From assembly GCA_019057375.1 (NCBI GenBank), contig DXJF01000138.1, positions 1 to 10,886 of the forward strand: DNA of 10,886 bases, read 5' to 3'. Positions within the stretch are counted from its first letter, which is position 1; the number at the start of each line of letters is the position of its first letter. Below, piece after piece: positions 1 through 7,224 of this stretch. Source of the DNA: Candidatus Heimdallarchaeota archaeon. GTDB lineage: Archaea; Asgardarchaeota; Heimdallarchaeia; Heimdallarchaeales; Heimdallarchaeaceae. Under the pieces are notes generated by a model that was given only the letters and a program-made list of their open reading frames with translations, did no database searches and had not been told where the DNA came from. Made by a program: the position numbers and the translations under genes.

Positions 1-274
1 TATTTTTCCCCTCCTCAATAACTGTTCTCAAAGTTTGATAACCCATAAAACCAGGTAATGCTCCTATAACAAGATCATGATCTGCAATAATTACTTTAAT
101 CATCTCTTGATTAGACAAATCTGCTGTAACTGTTTGCAGATCAATTTTGTTACCAAGTTCATTTAGAACTTCTTGATTAATATCTGCAACAGTTACCTGT
201 ATCTCAGCATTTTCTGCTAGATCTTGAGCGATTACATTACCAACTAATCCCGCGCCTAAAACTATGACCTTCAA
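1..274 (-). CDS. Saccharopine dehydrogenase / lysine 6-dehydrogenase family protein, 5' portion only (continues off the left edge)
   Basis: Not in the ORF track. My translation of the minus strand from TTG at 274 (in-frame TAA two codons upstream) gives MKVIVLGAGLVGNVIAQDLAENAEIQVTVADINQEVLNELGNKIDLQTVTADLSNQEMIKVIIADHDLVIGALPGFMGYQTLRTVIEEGKN. It has an N-terminal GxGxxG Rossmann motif, VTVAD, and the 'DLVIGALPGFMG...TVIEEGKN' segment typical of this family. A GTGAT SD-like motif lies upstream. Confidence 0.85.
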   Translation of the reverse strand, partial: MKVIVLGAGLVGNVIAQDLAENAEIQVTVADINQEVLNELGNKIDLQTVTADLSNQEMIKVIIADHDLVIGALPGFMGYQTLRTVIEEGKN

Positions 275-451
275 CTCTTAATCACAAGTGCATAAAAGCA
301 ATCATATAATTAAAATTTTGCACAAATCAGTATTTTTGGAATAAAACATCTCTTTTTAGTTTTATATTTGCAAAATATCATAAACAATTCTGTCTTCTTA
401 TTCACATAAATGAAAGGCAAAACAGACTAAACAAAAGAAGAAAAAGAGAAC

Positions 452-1897
452 TTATTCTTCAGTAGAGCTGACAGCTGGAGATGGTTTAATCTGCTCAGCT
501 TCAGGTAATATTTTTTCCTTAAGATCAGGCGTTTGGAAATCTTCAGTATCTTGAACATGTTTCATATTTGTGAAGAACCATGAAATTGCTAAAACAGCAA
601 ATCCTCCAGCAATTGATCCCCAAAAGACCGGTCTAATAGCATCAGCTGTTTCAGCTATTACCCCAGCTAGTATCATCCCTAAAGGCGCAGAGAATTGGGC
701 AAGAGTCTGTCTAACTGACATAACCCTGCCCATTTTCTCACTAGGAACAACGGTCTGCCAAATGAATTGACTTGATAAATTAATCAGAGGTAAAGTTAAT
801 CCCATTATTAACGCTCCAATTCCCATGAACCAGAACAATTTAACGGGAGTTAAAGAAATCATTAGAAAACCTAGATAGCCTATGAATATTCCCCCTACAA
901 CTCCAATGACTTTTTTATCGAAACCCTTCCAAAAGATTAGTATCACTGAGGATATTATCATACCTGCTTGAAAGAAAGCCATTGTATATGCAAGATCAGT
1001 TACTTCACCTTGTAATGTAAAATCAACAAATAGATTCATCAGAGTAAACAAAGGTGTCATAAACAAGTTGGCGCCTGTGAAAACACTAAGTAAAGCTAAT
1101 AATCCTTTTTTATTTTTGATAAAACTTATTCCCTCTTTGAAATCATGCCAGAACTTCGTTTCTTTAACCTTCTTTTCAACTACTTTTACAATTTCTGGAA
1201 TTTTCACTAACAGAAGAGGAATTATAGCTAGAAGAAATGTACCTGCATCAATCCATAGAAGATCATCAATACTTACATTAGGAATAGCATATAATAATGC
1301 TGCAACAACAGGTCCAATTAGGAAAATTATACTATTAGTCAAGAAATTAACACTGTTAAACCGATTAAGATGCTTACGAGGTACCATTAAAGGTGTTATA
1401 GCTTGGATAGCTGGACCTTGAAATGCTTGAAATACTCCTCTAACTGCTAAAACGGCTAGTACTACCCAGACCAACTCGAAAGGACCTTTAGTAATTAGCA
1501 TTGTCGCAGGGTCAGATAGTCCCAAAAGTCTATTATACAAACTTAGATTTAAAGCATGGTTTGAAAATTGAAAAATCTCAAACTCAAACATAAAGACAAT
1601 AATCAATCCAACTGTAACTAAAGCTTGAAAAAAATCTACAGAGCCAATCAATTTCTTCCGTTTCCATCTATCTACAAAAACACCTGCTATTGGAGTGACA
1701 ATTATCATTGGAAGAAATCCTGCAAGATTTGCATATGCCAGATATAGCGCACTTTGTGTTCTAACAGTAATCCACCAGATGATAACAAATTGAACGATAG
1801 ATGAACCTAGAAGAGATCCAAGCTGTCCAGACCAGAATATTAGATATCCTTTGAGATTATATTCGCTATTGTTATCATTTTCAGCTAAACTAGTCAA
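452..1897 (-). CDS. MFS transporter, DHA3/MefA-like (MFS_3) efflux family
   Basis: 481 aa with about 12 hydrophobic segments. N-terminal 'FWSGQLGSLLGSSIVQF', MFS motif A 'AGVFVDRWKRKK', and C-terminal 'VPSEKMGRVMS...PLGMILAG' are typical of macrolide-efflux-like MFS proteins. TTG start with GGTG upstream. Substrate unknown. Confidence 0.9.
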   Translation of the reverse strand: MTSLAENDNNSEYNLKGYLIFWSGQLGSLLGSSIVQFVIIWWITVRTQSALYLAYANLAGFLPMIIVTPIAGVFVDRWKRKKLIGSVDFFQALVTVGLIIVFMFEFEIFQFSNHALNLSLYNRLLGLSDPATMLITKGPFELVWVVLAVLAVRGVFQAFQGPAIQAITPLMVPRKHLNRFNSVNFLTNSIIFLIGPVVAALLYAIPNVSIDDLLWIDAGTFLLAIIPLLLVKIPEIVKVVEKKVKETKFWHDFKEGISFIKNKKGLLALLSVFTGANLFMTPLFTLMNLFVDFTLQGEVTDLAYTMAFFQAGMIISSVILIFWKGFDKKVIGVVGGIFIGYLGFLMISLTPVKLFWFMGIGALIMGLTLPLINLSSQFIWQTVVPSEKMGRVMSVRQTLAQFSAPLGMILAGVIAETADAIRPVFWGSIAGGFAVLAISWFFTNMKHVQDTEDFQTPDLKEKILPEAEQIKPSPAVSSTEE

Positions 1898-1911
1898 TTA
1901 GAACACCAATT

Positions 1912-1982
1912 AAGTTTCTCTTATGTTGGAGAAACATTTGGCACCATATATTTAAAAGTTTCTCTGTGCTTGGAGAAACTTT
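1912..1982. promoter_or_regulatory. Two copies of the palindrome GTTTCTC-N8-GAGAAAC (1914-1935, 1958-1979) in a divergent promoter region; candidate operators overlapping back-to-back BRE/TATA elements
   Basis: aagtttctct-tatg-ttggagaaac (1912-1935) and aagtttctct-gtgc-ttggagaaac (1956-1979) match at 20/24 positions with a 44-bp period. The second site has 10-bp arms (AAAGTTTCTC/GAGAAACTTT). TATA-like sequences flank it: TTTTAAATATA on the minus strand (~1947-1957) and TTTAATAA on the plus strand (~1980-1987). Confidence 0.75.
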
Positions 1983-2023
1983 AATAAACTTGAATGGGAA
2001 TTATAACTAGGAATAAGTAAAGA

Positions 2024-2728
2024 GTGAATCTTATGAGTTTTGAAGATAAGCTTGATCCAAATTATGTTTGTGAAACTGTGGAAATAATCAAAGATGCTGA
2101 AAAGTATCAAATGTTAGAAGAACCGAATTTAGAGCCAGTTATTGTGGCTTTACGTAAAGGTCCTAAAACCGTTAATGAATTGGAATTAGAATATAATGCT
2201 ATTGTAAAAGAAAAGATACAAAAAATGAATCTTACTCGCAAGGAGGAAGAAGTTTTAGAGAAGAAGATGTTTAGACAATCTAAAACACTCTATAAATACA
2301 TTAAAATTCTTAAGGAAAACGGTTTCATAGTTGAAGCTGGAAAACGATATACAGTGAATCAAAGAGCTGCAGAAACTCTTTTTGGTAGAACAGCTAAACT
2401 TTTCTTTCATATAGGAGGAAAGCATACTTGGTTAGATTCTGAAGCAATCAAACCTTCCCTTGACTTTATGTCTAAATTATTAGGTATTATGAACCAATCA
2501 AAACAACCATCAGTAAAAAAACTGCGAGAAATTCTTATTTCAATTGAAACCAAAGTAAATCAGGATCTAGAGAATCTCTTCACCACTTTCTCTAAAGAAA
2601 TTGCTGATATCTCAGAGGATATTACCTATGAAGATTTAAAATTCCTCTTATTCGGTTTAAATCTTATACTTTTGATGAAGAATTATCCAGAATTTGAAGA
2701 CGATTTGAAAAAAAGTAAAATTATTTAA
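2024..2728 (+). CDS. Winged helix-turn-helix (ArsR-like) transcriptional regulator with C-terminal helical domain
   Basis: 'LEPVIVALRKGPKTVNEL...SKTLYKYIKILKENGFIVEAG...ETLFGRTAKLF' fits wHTH helices plus wing, with a long charged insert before the recognition helix. It is divergent from the MFS gene. The start is GTG 2024 or ATG 2033. Confidence 0.7.
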   Translation: MNLMSFEDKLDPNYVCETVEIIKDAEKYQMLEEPNLEPVIVALRKGPKTVNELELEYNAIVKEKIQKMNLTRKEEEVLEKKMFRQSKTLYKYIKILKENGFIVEAGKRYTVNQRAAETLFGRTAKLFFHIGGKHTWLDSEAIKPSLDFMSKLLGIMNQSKQPSVKKLREILISIETKVNQDLENLFTTFSKEIADISEDITYEDLKFLLFGLNLILLMKNYPEFEDDLKKSKII

Positions 2729-2752
2729 TTATCCTTGATAATCTTATTATTA

Positions 2753-3124
2753 ATGATAACTGGTGTGGATGTTGTCTTTATTCATGTTAAAGATCCAGTA
2801 AAAATGATGAAATGGTATCGAGATGTGCTTGAGTTAGAATCGGATTTTTCAACTCCTGACTTACATTGGCAAGAATTTACATTTCTTGAGAAAACACCTT
2901 CTAGATTCGCCTTAGACAGTGTAAGTGAGAATCCTTCAGAAGTAGAGCAACAGAAGTTAATGATCTCTTTTAAAGTAAAAAATCTGAAAGCATTCGTTGA
3001 GAAATTGGAATCTAAAGGAGTAAAATTCCGCGGTTCTTATAAAATAATTGATGTAGGACCAACACTATTTGCGACTATCCAAGATATTGAGGGTAATTGG
3101 ATACAAATTTCTCAAAGAAAGTAG
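2753..3124 (+). CDS. VOC (glyoxalase/bleomycin-resistance) family protein
   Basis: 'GVDVVFIHVKDPVKMMKWYRDVLEL', 'ISFKVKNLKAFVEKLESKGVKF' and 'FATIQDIEGNWIQISQ' give the paired beta-alpha-beta-beta-beta VOC pattern. ATG 2753 is a more plausible start than the ORF-track start at 2735. Confidence 0.85.
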   Translation: MITGVDVVFIHVKDPVKMMKWYRDVLELESDFSTPDLHWQEFTFLEKTPSRFALDSVSENPSEVEQQKLMISFKVKNLKAFVEKLESKGVKFRGSYKIIDVGPTLFATIQDIEGNWIQISQRK

Positions 3125-3231
3125 TGTATCCTTTTTCCAATTGAGTATAATTCTTTTTTGGAAATGTTGAAAATGGCACAAGAAGTATTTTAAATGAGTA
3201 ATCATAATAAACCAAAAAAAGAGAGATTAAA

Positions 3232-4359
3232 ATGGTTGATATTATAGATTATCTACTTTCTTTTGATGTCAATATATTCTTTATTACTCTTGGAATTTAC
3301 AGCGGTTTTCTAGTAGTAATGTTTCTTGGATCAAAATTTTTACCTGGAATCAAAACACAAGGAGAGCAGCTAAAAGATGGTTCAAGGAAAGACTACAAAC
3401 TGACAGGTTTGATGTTATTTATGGTCTCAACTTTAACAGCTGTATTAGTTTTTGTCCTAAATGAGACTGTTTCTCCAAAATGGAATTTAACATTTATAGC
3501 TAGAGCATTTTTTCCCTTACTAATCATTGCTACTATTTTCTCATTTATATGGAGTCTTTTACTATTCTTTTTGGGAAGAAGAAAACAAGGAGAGAGCAAA
3601 AGTAAAGGTGTAAAAGGGATTTTACATGATTTTTGGTTTGGTCCTGAGTTGAATCCAACCTTGTGGGGAGTAGACCTCAAGATGTTTACTTATCAACCAT
3701 CACTAATTGGTCTTTCATTTATCAATTGGAGTTTTCTCTTTCTGCAATTACAGGAATCAGGTTATATTTTACCGCAAATGTGGATGTATCAAGGATTCTG
3801 GTGGTTCTATCTGTTTACCCATTATATCCTTGAAGAATTCATGCTTACAACATGGGATATTATGGCAGAGAACTTTGGATTCATGTTAGTTTGGGGAGAT
3901 TTAGTTTATGTTCCATTTTTCTATTCTATTGCAGGGTGGTTTATTATAATTCAAACTGAAGTTTTCAGTATTTACGCGATTATTGTATTATGTCTAGCTT
4001 ATTTAGTCTCAATCTGGATTTTTAGAGGATCAAATATACAGAAATTTAGATTCAAAAGAAATCCTAAAGTCAAAATTTGGTTTAAACCAGCTAAAACCAT
4101 AGAGGGAAAAATACTCATCTCTGGATTCTGGGGAATAGGTAGAAAACTAAACTATTCAGGAGAAATACTCACTTATCTTATTATAACTTTAACAACAGGA
4201 ATATACTCACCAATTCCCTTTATTCTACCACTATCATTATTTATTCTTCTTGCTCATAGAGCATGGCGTGATGATCGGAGATGCAGGAAAAAATATGGAA
4301 AACTTTGGGATGAATATTGCTTAATTGCTAAATATAAGATGATACCTAAAATCTACTAG
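3232..4359 (+). CDS. ERG4/ERG24 family (Delta14-sterol reductase / LBR / DHCR7-like) integral-membrane NADPH-dependent reductase
   Basis: Family motifs occur in the correct order: DFWFGPELNP (cf. DFFMGRELNPR), DLKMF, TTWDIMAENFGFMLVWGDLVYVPFFYS (cf. TTMDI..DGFGFML.FGDL.WVPF.YS), IFRGSNIQKFRFKRNP (cf. IFRGANSQK..FRKNP), LISGFWGIGRKLNYSGE (cf. LLVSGWWG..RHPNYLGD), HRAWRDDRRCRKKYG..W.EYC and a terminal YKMIPKIY. Multiple TM segments. Which double bond it reduces cannot be assigned from sequence. Confidence 0.9.
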   Translation: MVDIIDYLLSFDVNIFFITLGIYSGFLVVMFLGSKFLPGIKTQGEQLKDGSRKDYKLTGLMLFMVSTLTAVLVFVLNETVSPKWNLTFIARAFFPLLIIATIFSFIWSLLLFFLGRRKQGESKSKGVKGILHDFWFGPELNPTLWGVDLKMFTYQPSLIGLSFINWSFLFLQLQESGYILPQMWMYQGFWWFYLFTHYILEEFMLTTWDIMAENFGFMLVWGDLVYVPFFYSIAGWFIIIQTEVFSIYAIIVLCLAYLVSIWIFRGSNIQKFRFKRNPKVKIWFKPAKTIEGKILISGFWGIGRKLNYSGEILTYLIITLTTGIYSPIPFILPLSLFILLAHRAWRDDRRCRKKYGKLWDEYCLIAKYKMIPKIY

Positions 4360-4409
4360 AAAAATTTAATAAAATTGTTAGCAATGTAAACTGATGAAAA
4401 ACACTTAAT

Positions 4410-5417
4410 GTGACTATTTCCAAGGTGATAGATTTGAGTGAAAAATCAGTAATAACACAACTACTAAATTCAAATGAACCTGCGATTAGATTGAAAACTT
4501 ATTTATGTCTCTTGGAACACGATTATGATACTTCAGAGGTAAAAAAGCTAAAAGTCAATTTAAAGAAAGAATCAACACTAATATCTAGTTTATTCTCTTG
4601 TCTGCCGAAAGACGAAACTAGTAAAATTTCTCATGTATATACAAAATGGCAGGGTGTTCACTGGATTTTATCACAGTTGGCAGATATGGGTTATCCTCCT
4701 GGTGATAGTGATTTAATTCTAAGTATAAATAGAGAAATGGAATGGTTACTTAGTAGTAAGCGCTGGGAATCTAAACCATTGATTAATGGTAGAAGACGCT
4801 TTTGTGCTTCTTATTCTGGAAATGGTCTTTATGCCGCTCTTTCTCTGGGCTTTTTTGATGAAAGATGTAAGATATTAGCTAATAGGTTAATTAAAAATCA
4901 ATGGAGTGATGGCGGTTGGAATTGTGATCGAAAACCAGCAGCAAGTAAGTCTTCTTATCATGAGAGTCTAATTCCTTTGAGATCTCTTAATCGTTATTTA
5001 CATATAGAAAAAACCCCACAATTAACAAACACTATAGATAAAGCCGCAGAGCTATTTCATAAAAGAAATCTCTACAAACGAATCAGCGACGGAGAGGTTA
5101 TTAACAAAAGATGGTTGTTACTTCATTATCCTCCTTATTGGCATTATGATATTCTCTTTGCTCTGAAGGTTCTAGCAGAAGCTAACAAGCTACAAAATAA
5201 ACGATGTAACGATGCACTAGATCTACTAGAAGCTAAAAGATTAGGTGATGGAGGATTTCCAAAGGAAGAAAAATATTGTCAGTCATCAAATCCAGAAACA
5301 AGATATTTTACTCCTGGTGATTGGAAGCCAGTTAATAAGGGTAAAATGAATGAATGGGTTACAATCGATGCTCTTTTTATTTTAAAGAAAGCGAAAAGAA
5401 TCGATATTGATTATTAG
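4410..5417 (+). CDS. Prenyltransferase/squalene-cyclase-repeat (QW motif, alpha-alpha toroid) protein of unknown function
   Basis: It has a QW-type repeat 'ILANRLIKNQWSDGGWNC', a degenerate second repeat 'ALDLLEAKRLGDGGFP', and aromatic blocks 'YTKWQGVHW' and 'HYPPYWHYDILFALKVL'. At ~330 aa it is a single barrel with no DXDD/DCTAE motif. The true start may be TTG 4434 (AGGTGAT SD at 4423-4429). Confidence 0.6.
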   Translation: MTISKVIDLSEKSVITQLLNSNEPAIRLKTYLCLLEHDYDTSEVKKLKVNLKKESTLISSLFSCLPKDETSKISHVYTKWQGVHWILSQLADMGYPPGDSDLILSINREMEWLLSSKRWESKPLINGRRRFCASYSGNGLYAALSLGFFDERCKILANRLIKNQWSDGGWNCDRKPAASKSSYHESLIPLRSLNRYLHIEKTPQLTNTIDKAAELFHKRNLYKRISDGEVINKRWLLLHYPPYWHYDILFALKVLAEANKLQNKRCNDALDLLEAKRLGDGGFPKEEKYCQSSNPETRYFTPGDWKPVNKGKMNEWVTIDALFILKKAKRIDIDY

Positions 5418-5429
5418 CTCATTCGATCT

Positions 5430-5456
5430 AATTCTAATCTTACTATTATTAGAATT
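5430..5456. terminator. AT-rich inverted repeat between convergent genes; possible bidirectional terminator
   Basis: AATTCTAAT (5430-5438) / ATTAGAATT (5448-5456) with a 9-nt loop, between stops at 5417 (+) and 5459 (-). The stem is weak because it is almost all A/T. Confidence 0.25.
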
Positions 5457-5458
5457 CA

Positions 5459-7165
5459 TTAGAAAATTATTCTATAGGGAGGATTCTTTGCCATTTCTTT
5501 CAGTTCTTCCTGTGAGGCAGTTGCCATAATATATGTCTTGATTCCTCCAATTAAGTTTCGAACATCAAAGTTCCTTTGCAGAAGATTCATTTGAGAGATA
5601 TAGGCTCTAAAGCCTTCTTGACAGAACGCATAAATTGGTTTATCTTCAGGTAATTCATCTATTCTTTGTCTCATCTCAAATTCTGAAATATGAACAGCGC
5701 TTTTTATTGTGATTATTTCAAACTCATCATCTCTTCTAACATCGACTAAGAATGAGCTATTCTCAACTAAATCATCAACATCATGCCAATGATAAGGTTT
5801 CATCTTACCTTTAACCATATTTGCGGCTATATGACCAGCCATATTAACAGGATCTCTAGCAGAACCAAATGGGGGAGCATAAGTTAATTCTAACTTCTCC
5901 AAATCAAAAACTGTTCCACCAAAATGAATAACTGTGGAAATAACATCTATTCTTTTTTCTGCTCCATCTCCTCCTAGCACTTGAGCTCCTAGAATTTTAC
6001 CGTTTTTCTTATCAAAAAGCAATTTAGGTGCTAATTTATTGCCTCCAGGATAGTAACTAGAATGGTTCATGGGGTGAAGGTATACTTTTTCGTATTCTAT
6101 ATCCATGTTTTTGAGCATCTTTTCATTTAATCCAACTTGAGCTACAGTTAGATCAAAAACCTTGACTACAGCTGCTGCAAGAACACCTTCATATTCTTCA
6201 GTTTCTCCAGCAATATTATTAGCAGCTATCCTCCCTTGTTTATTAGCTGGACCGGCTAATGGAACAGCTGTTCTCTCCTTTGTAATATAATTTGTAACTT
6301 GAACAACATCTCCAACAGCGTAAATGCTAGAATCACTTGTTTGCATTTTTTTATTGACAACTATATGTCCTCGGGAACTAATTTTTAGTCCATAATCTTT
6401 AGCTAACTCTGATTCTGGTTTAACACCAATAGCTAAAACTACCATATCAGTTTCAATTTTTTTACCACTCTGAGTGACAACTACAGCTCTGCCTTCATCA
6501 TTATTCTCAAAAGAATCGACACCATCTCCAAGAACTAAATCAACCCCATGTCTATAAAGCTCATAATGTACATATTGAGCCATTTCTCTATCAAGAGAAA
6601 TCATGACTTGATCCATAAGCTCTACAACAGTAACATCTAGACCTCTTTCTTTGAGATTTTCAGCCATCTCTAGACCAATAAAACCTCCTCCAATAACAAC
6701 TGCATTTTTTGGTTTATTAGTTCCAATAAAATCATCCATTCGTAAAGTATCTGGAATTGTTCGTAAAGTAAAAACAGGAACTTGGTCTAAGCCTTTGAAT
6801 GGTGGTTTAATGGGTTCAGCACCAGGAGAAAGAACAAGAATATCATAGTTAAGAAAATATTCTTCACTTGTGTTTAGATTCTTTATAGTAACTTTCTTTT
6901 CCTCTTTATCAATTGCAGTTGCTTCATTGTTGAGTCGAACATCGATATTAAAACGATCCAAAAAAACTTGAGGTGTAACAAGTTCTAGATTTTCTTTGTC
7001 TGTGATGATTCCACCTACATAATAGGGAAGTCCGCAATTTGCATAGGAAACATAAGCTCCTCGCTCTAAAATTATGATTTCTGCAGTTTCATCTAATCTT
7101 CTAAGTCTTGCTGCAGTCGAAGCTCCTCCTGCAACACCACCTACAATAACAACTTTCTTTGACAT
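5459..7165 (-). CDS. cdr: CoA-disulfide reductase with C-terminal rhodanese domain (CoADR-RHD / Npsr-like persulfide reductase)
   Basis: FAD motif VIVGGVAGGASTAARLRR, redox Cys in SYANCGLPY, NAD(P)H motif VIGGGFIGLEMAE, 'IYAVGDV', 'LAGPANKQGR', 'LELTYAPPFGSARDPVN', and a rhodanese domain 'VDVRRDDEF...YAFCQEGFRAY'. Confidence 0.9.
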   Translation of the reverse strand: MSKKVVIVGGVAGGASTAARLRRLDETAEIIILERGAYVSYANCGLPYYVGGIITDKENLELVTPQVFLDRFNIDVRLNNEATAIDKEEKKVTIKNLNTSEEYFLNYDILVLSPGAEPIKPPFKGLDQVPVFTLRTIPDTLRMDDFIGTNKPKNAVVIGGGFIGLEMAENLKERGLDVTVVELMDQVMISLDREMAQYVHYELYRHGVDLVLGDGVDSFENNDEGRAVVVTQSGKKIETDMVVLAIGVKPESELAKDYGLKISSRGHIVVNKKMQTSDSSIYAVGDVVQVTNYITKERTAVPLAGPANKQGRIAANNIAGETEEYEGVLAAAVVKVFDLTVAQVGLNEKMLKNMDIEYEKVYLHPMNHSSYYPGGNKLAPKLLFDKKNGKILGAQVLGGDGAEKRIDVISTVIHFGGTVFDLEKLELTYAPPFGSARDPVNMAGHIAANMVKGKMKPYHWHDVDDLVENSSFLVDVRRDDEFEIITIKSAVHISEFEMRQRIDELPEDKPIYAFCQEGFRAYISQMNLLQRNFDVRNLIGGIKTYIMATASQEELKEMAKNPPYRIIF

Positions 7166-7177
7166 GGTAATTCACTA

Positions 7178-7222
7178 TGTTCATAGATATTGAACAAAAT
7201 CGTGAGGTAGATTTTATTTAAA
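7178..7222 (-). promoter_or_regulatory. TATA-like box (TTTAAATA, ~7215-7222 on the minus strand) and palindrome TGTTCA-N7-TGAACA (7178-7196) upstream of cdr
   Basis: A perfect 6-bp inverted repeat sits at the expected transcription-start region, between the TATA-like box and the ATG at 7165. Confidence 0.4.
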
Positions 7223-7224
7223 AC

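Noticed and set aside
364-378. Near-palindrome ATATTTGCAAAATAT in the 275-451 intergenic region
   Set aside because: It is imperfect, AT-rich and single-copy, so it is not distinguishable from background.
570-1421. Plus-strand ORFs 570-770 and 1068-1421
   Set aside because: They are antisense shadows of the well-supported MFS gene and have no recognisable motifs.
1912-1979. The two palindromic 24-nt repeats as a mini-CRISPR
   Set aside because: There are only two imperfect copies, a 20-nt gap and no cas genes, and their position in a divergent promoter fits operators better.
3134-3164. Inverted repeat TTTCCAA-N17-TTGGAAA after the VOC gene
   Set aside because: The arms are short and AT-rich with a long spacer, which is compatible with chance; the nearby T-tracts may simply be archaeal terminators.
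3393-3889. ORFs 3393-3680 (-) and 3707-3889 (+, alternative frame)
   Set aside because: Both lie entirely within the sterol reductase gene and have no family features.
3232-4359. Calling this a lamin B receptor or evidence of a complete sterol pathway
   Set aside because: It has no Tudor/RS N-terminal domain, and no squalene monooxygenase, cyclase or demethylase gene is in the window.
4410-5417. Calling this gene squalene-hopene or oxidosqualene cyclase (shc/osc)
   Set aside because: It is about half the expected length, has only one clear QW repeat, and lacks the DXDD/DCTAE catalytic motif.
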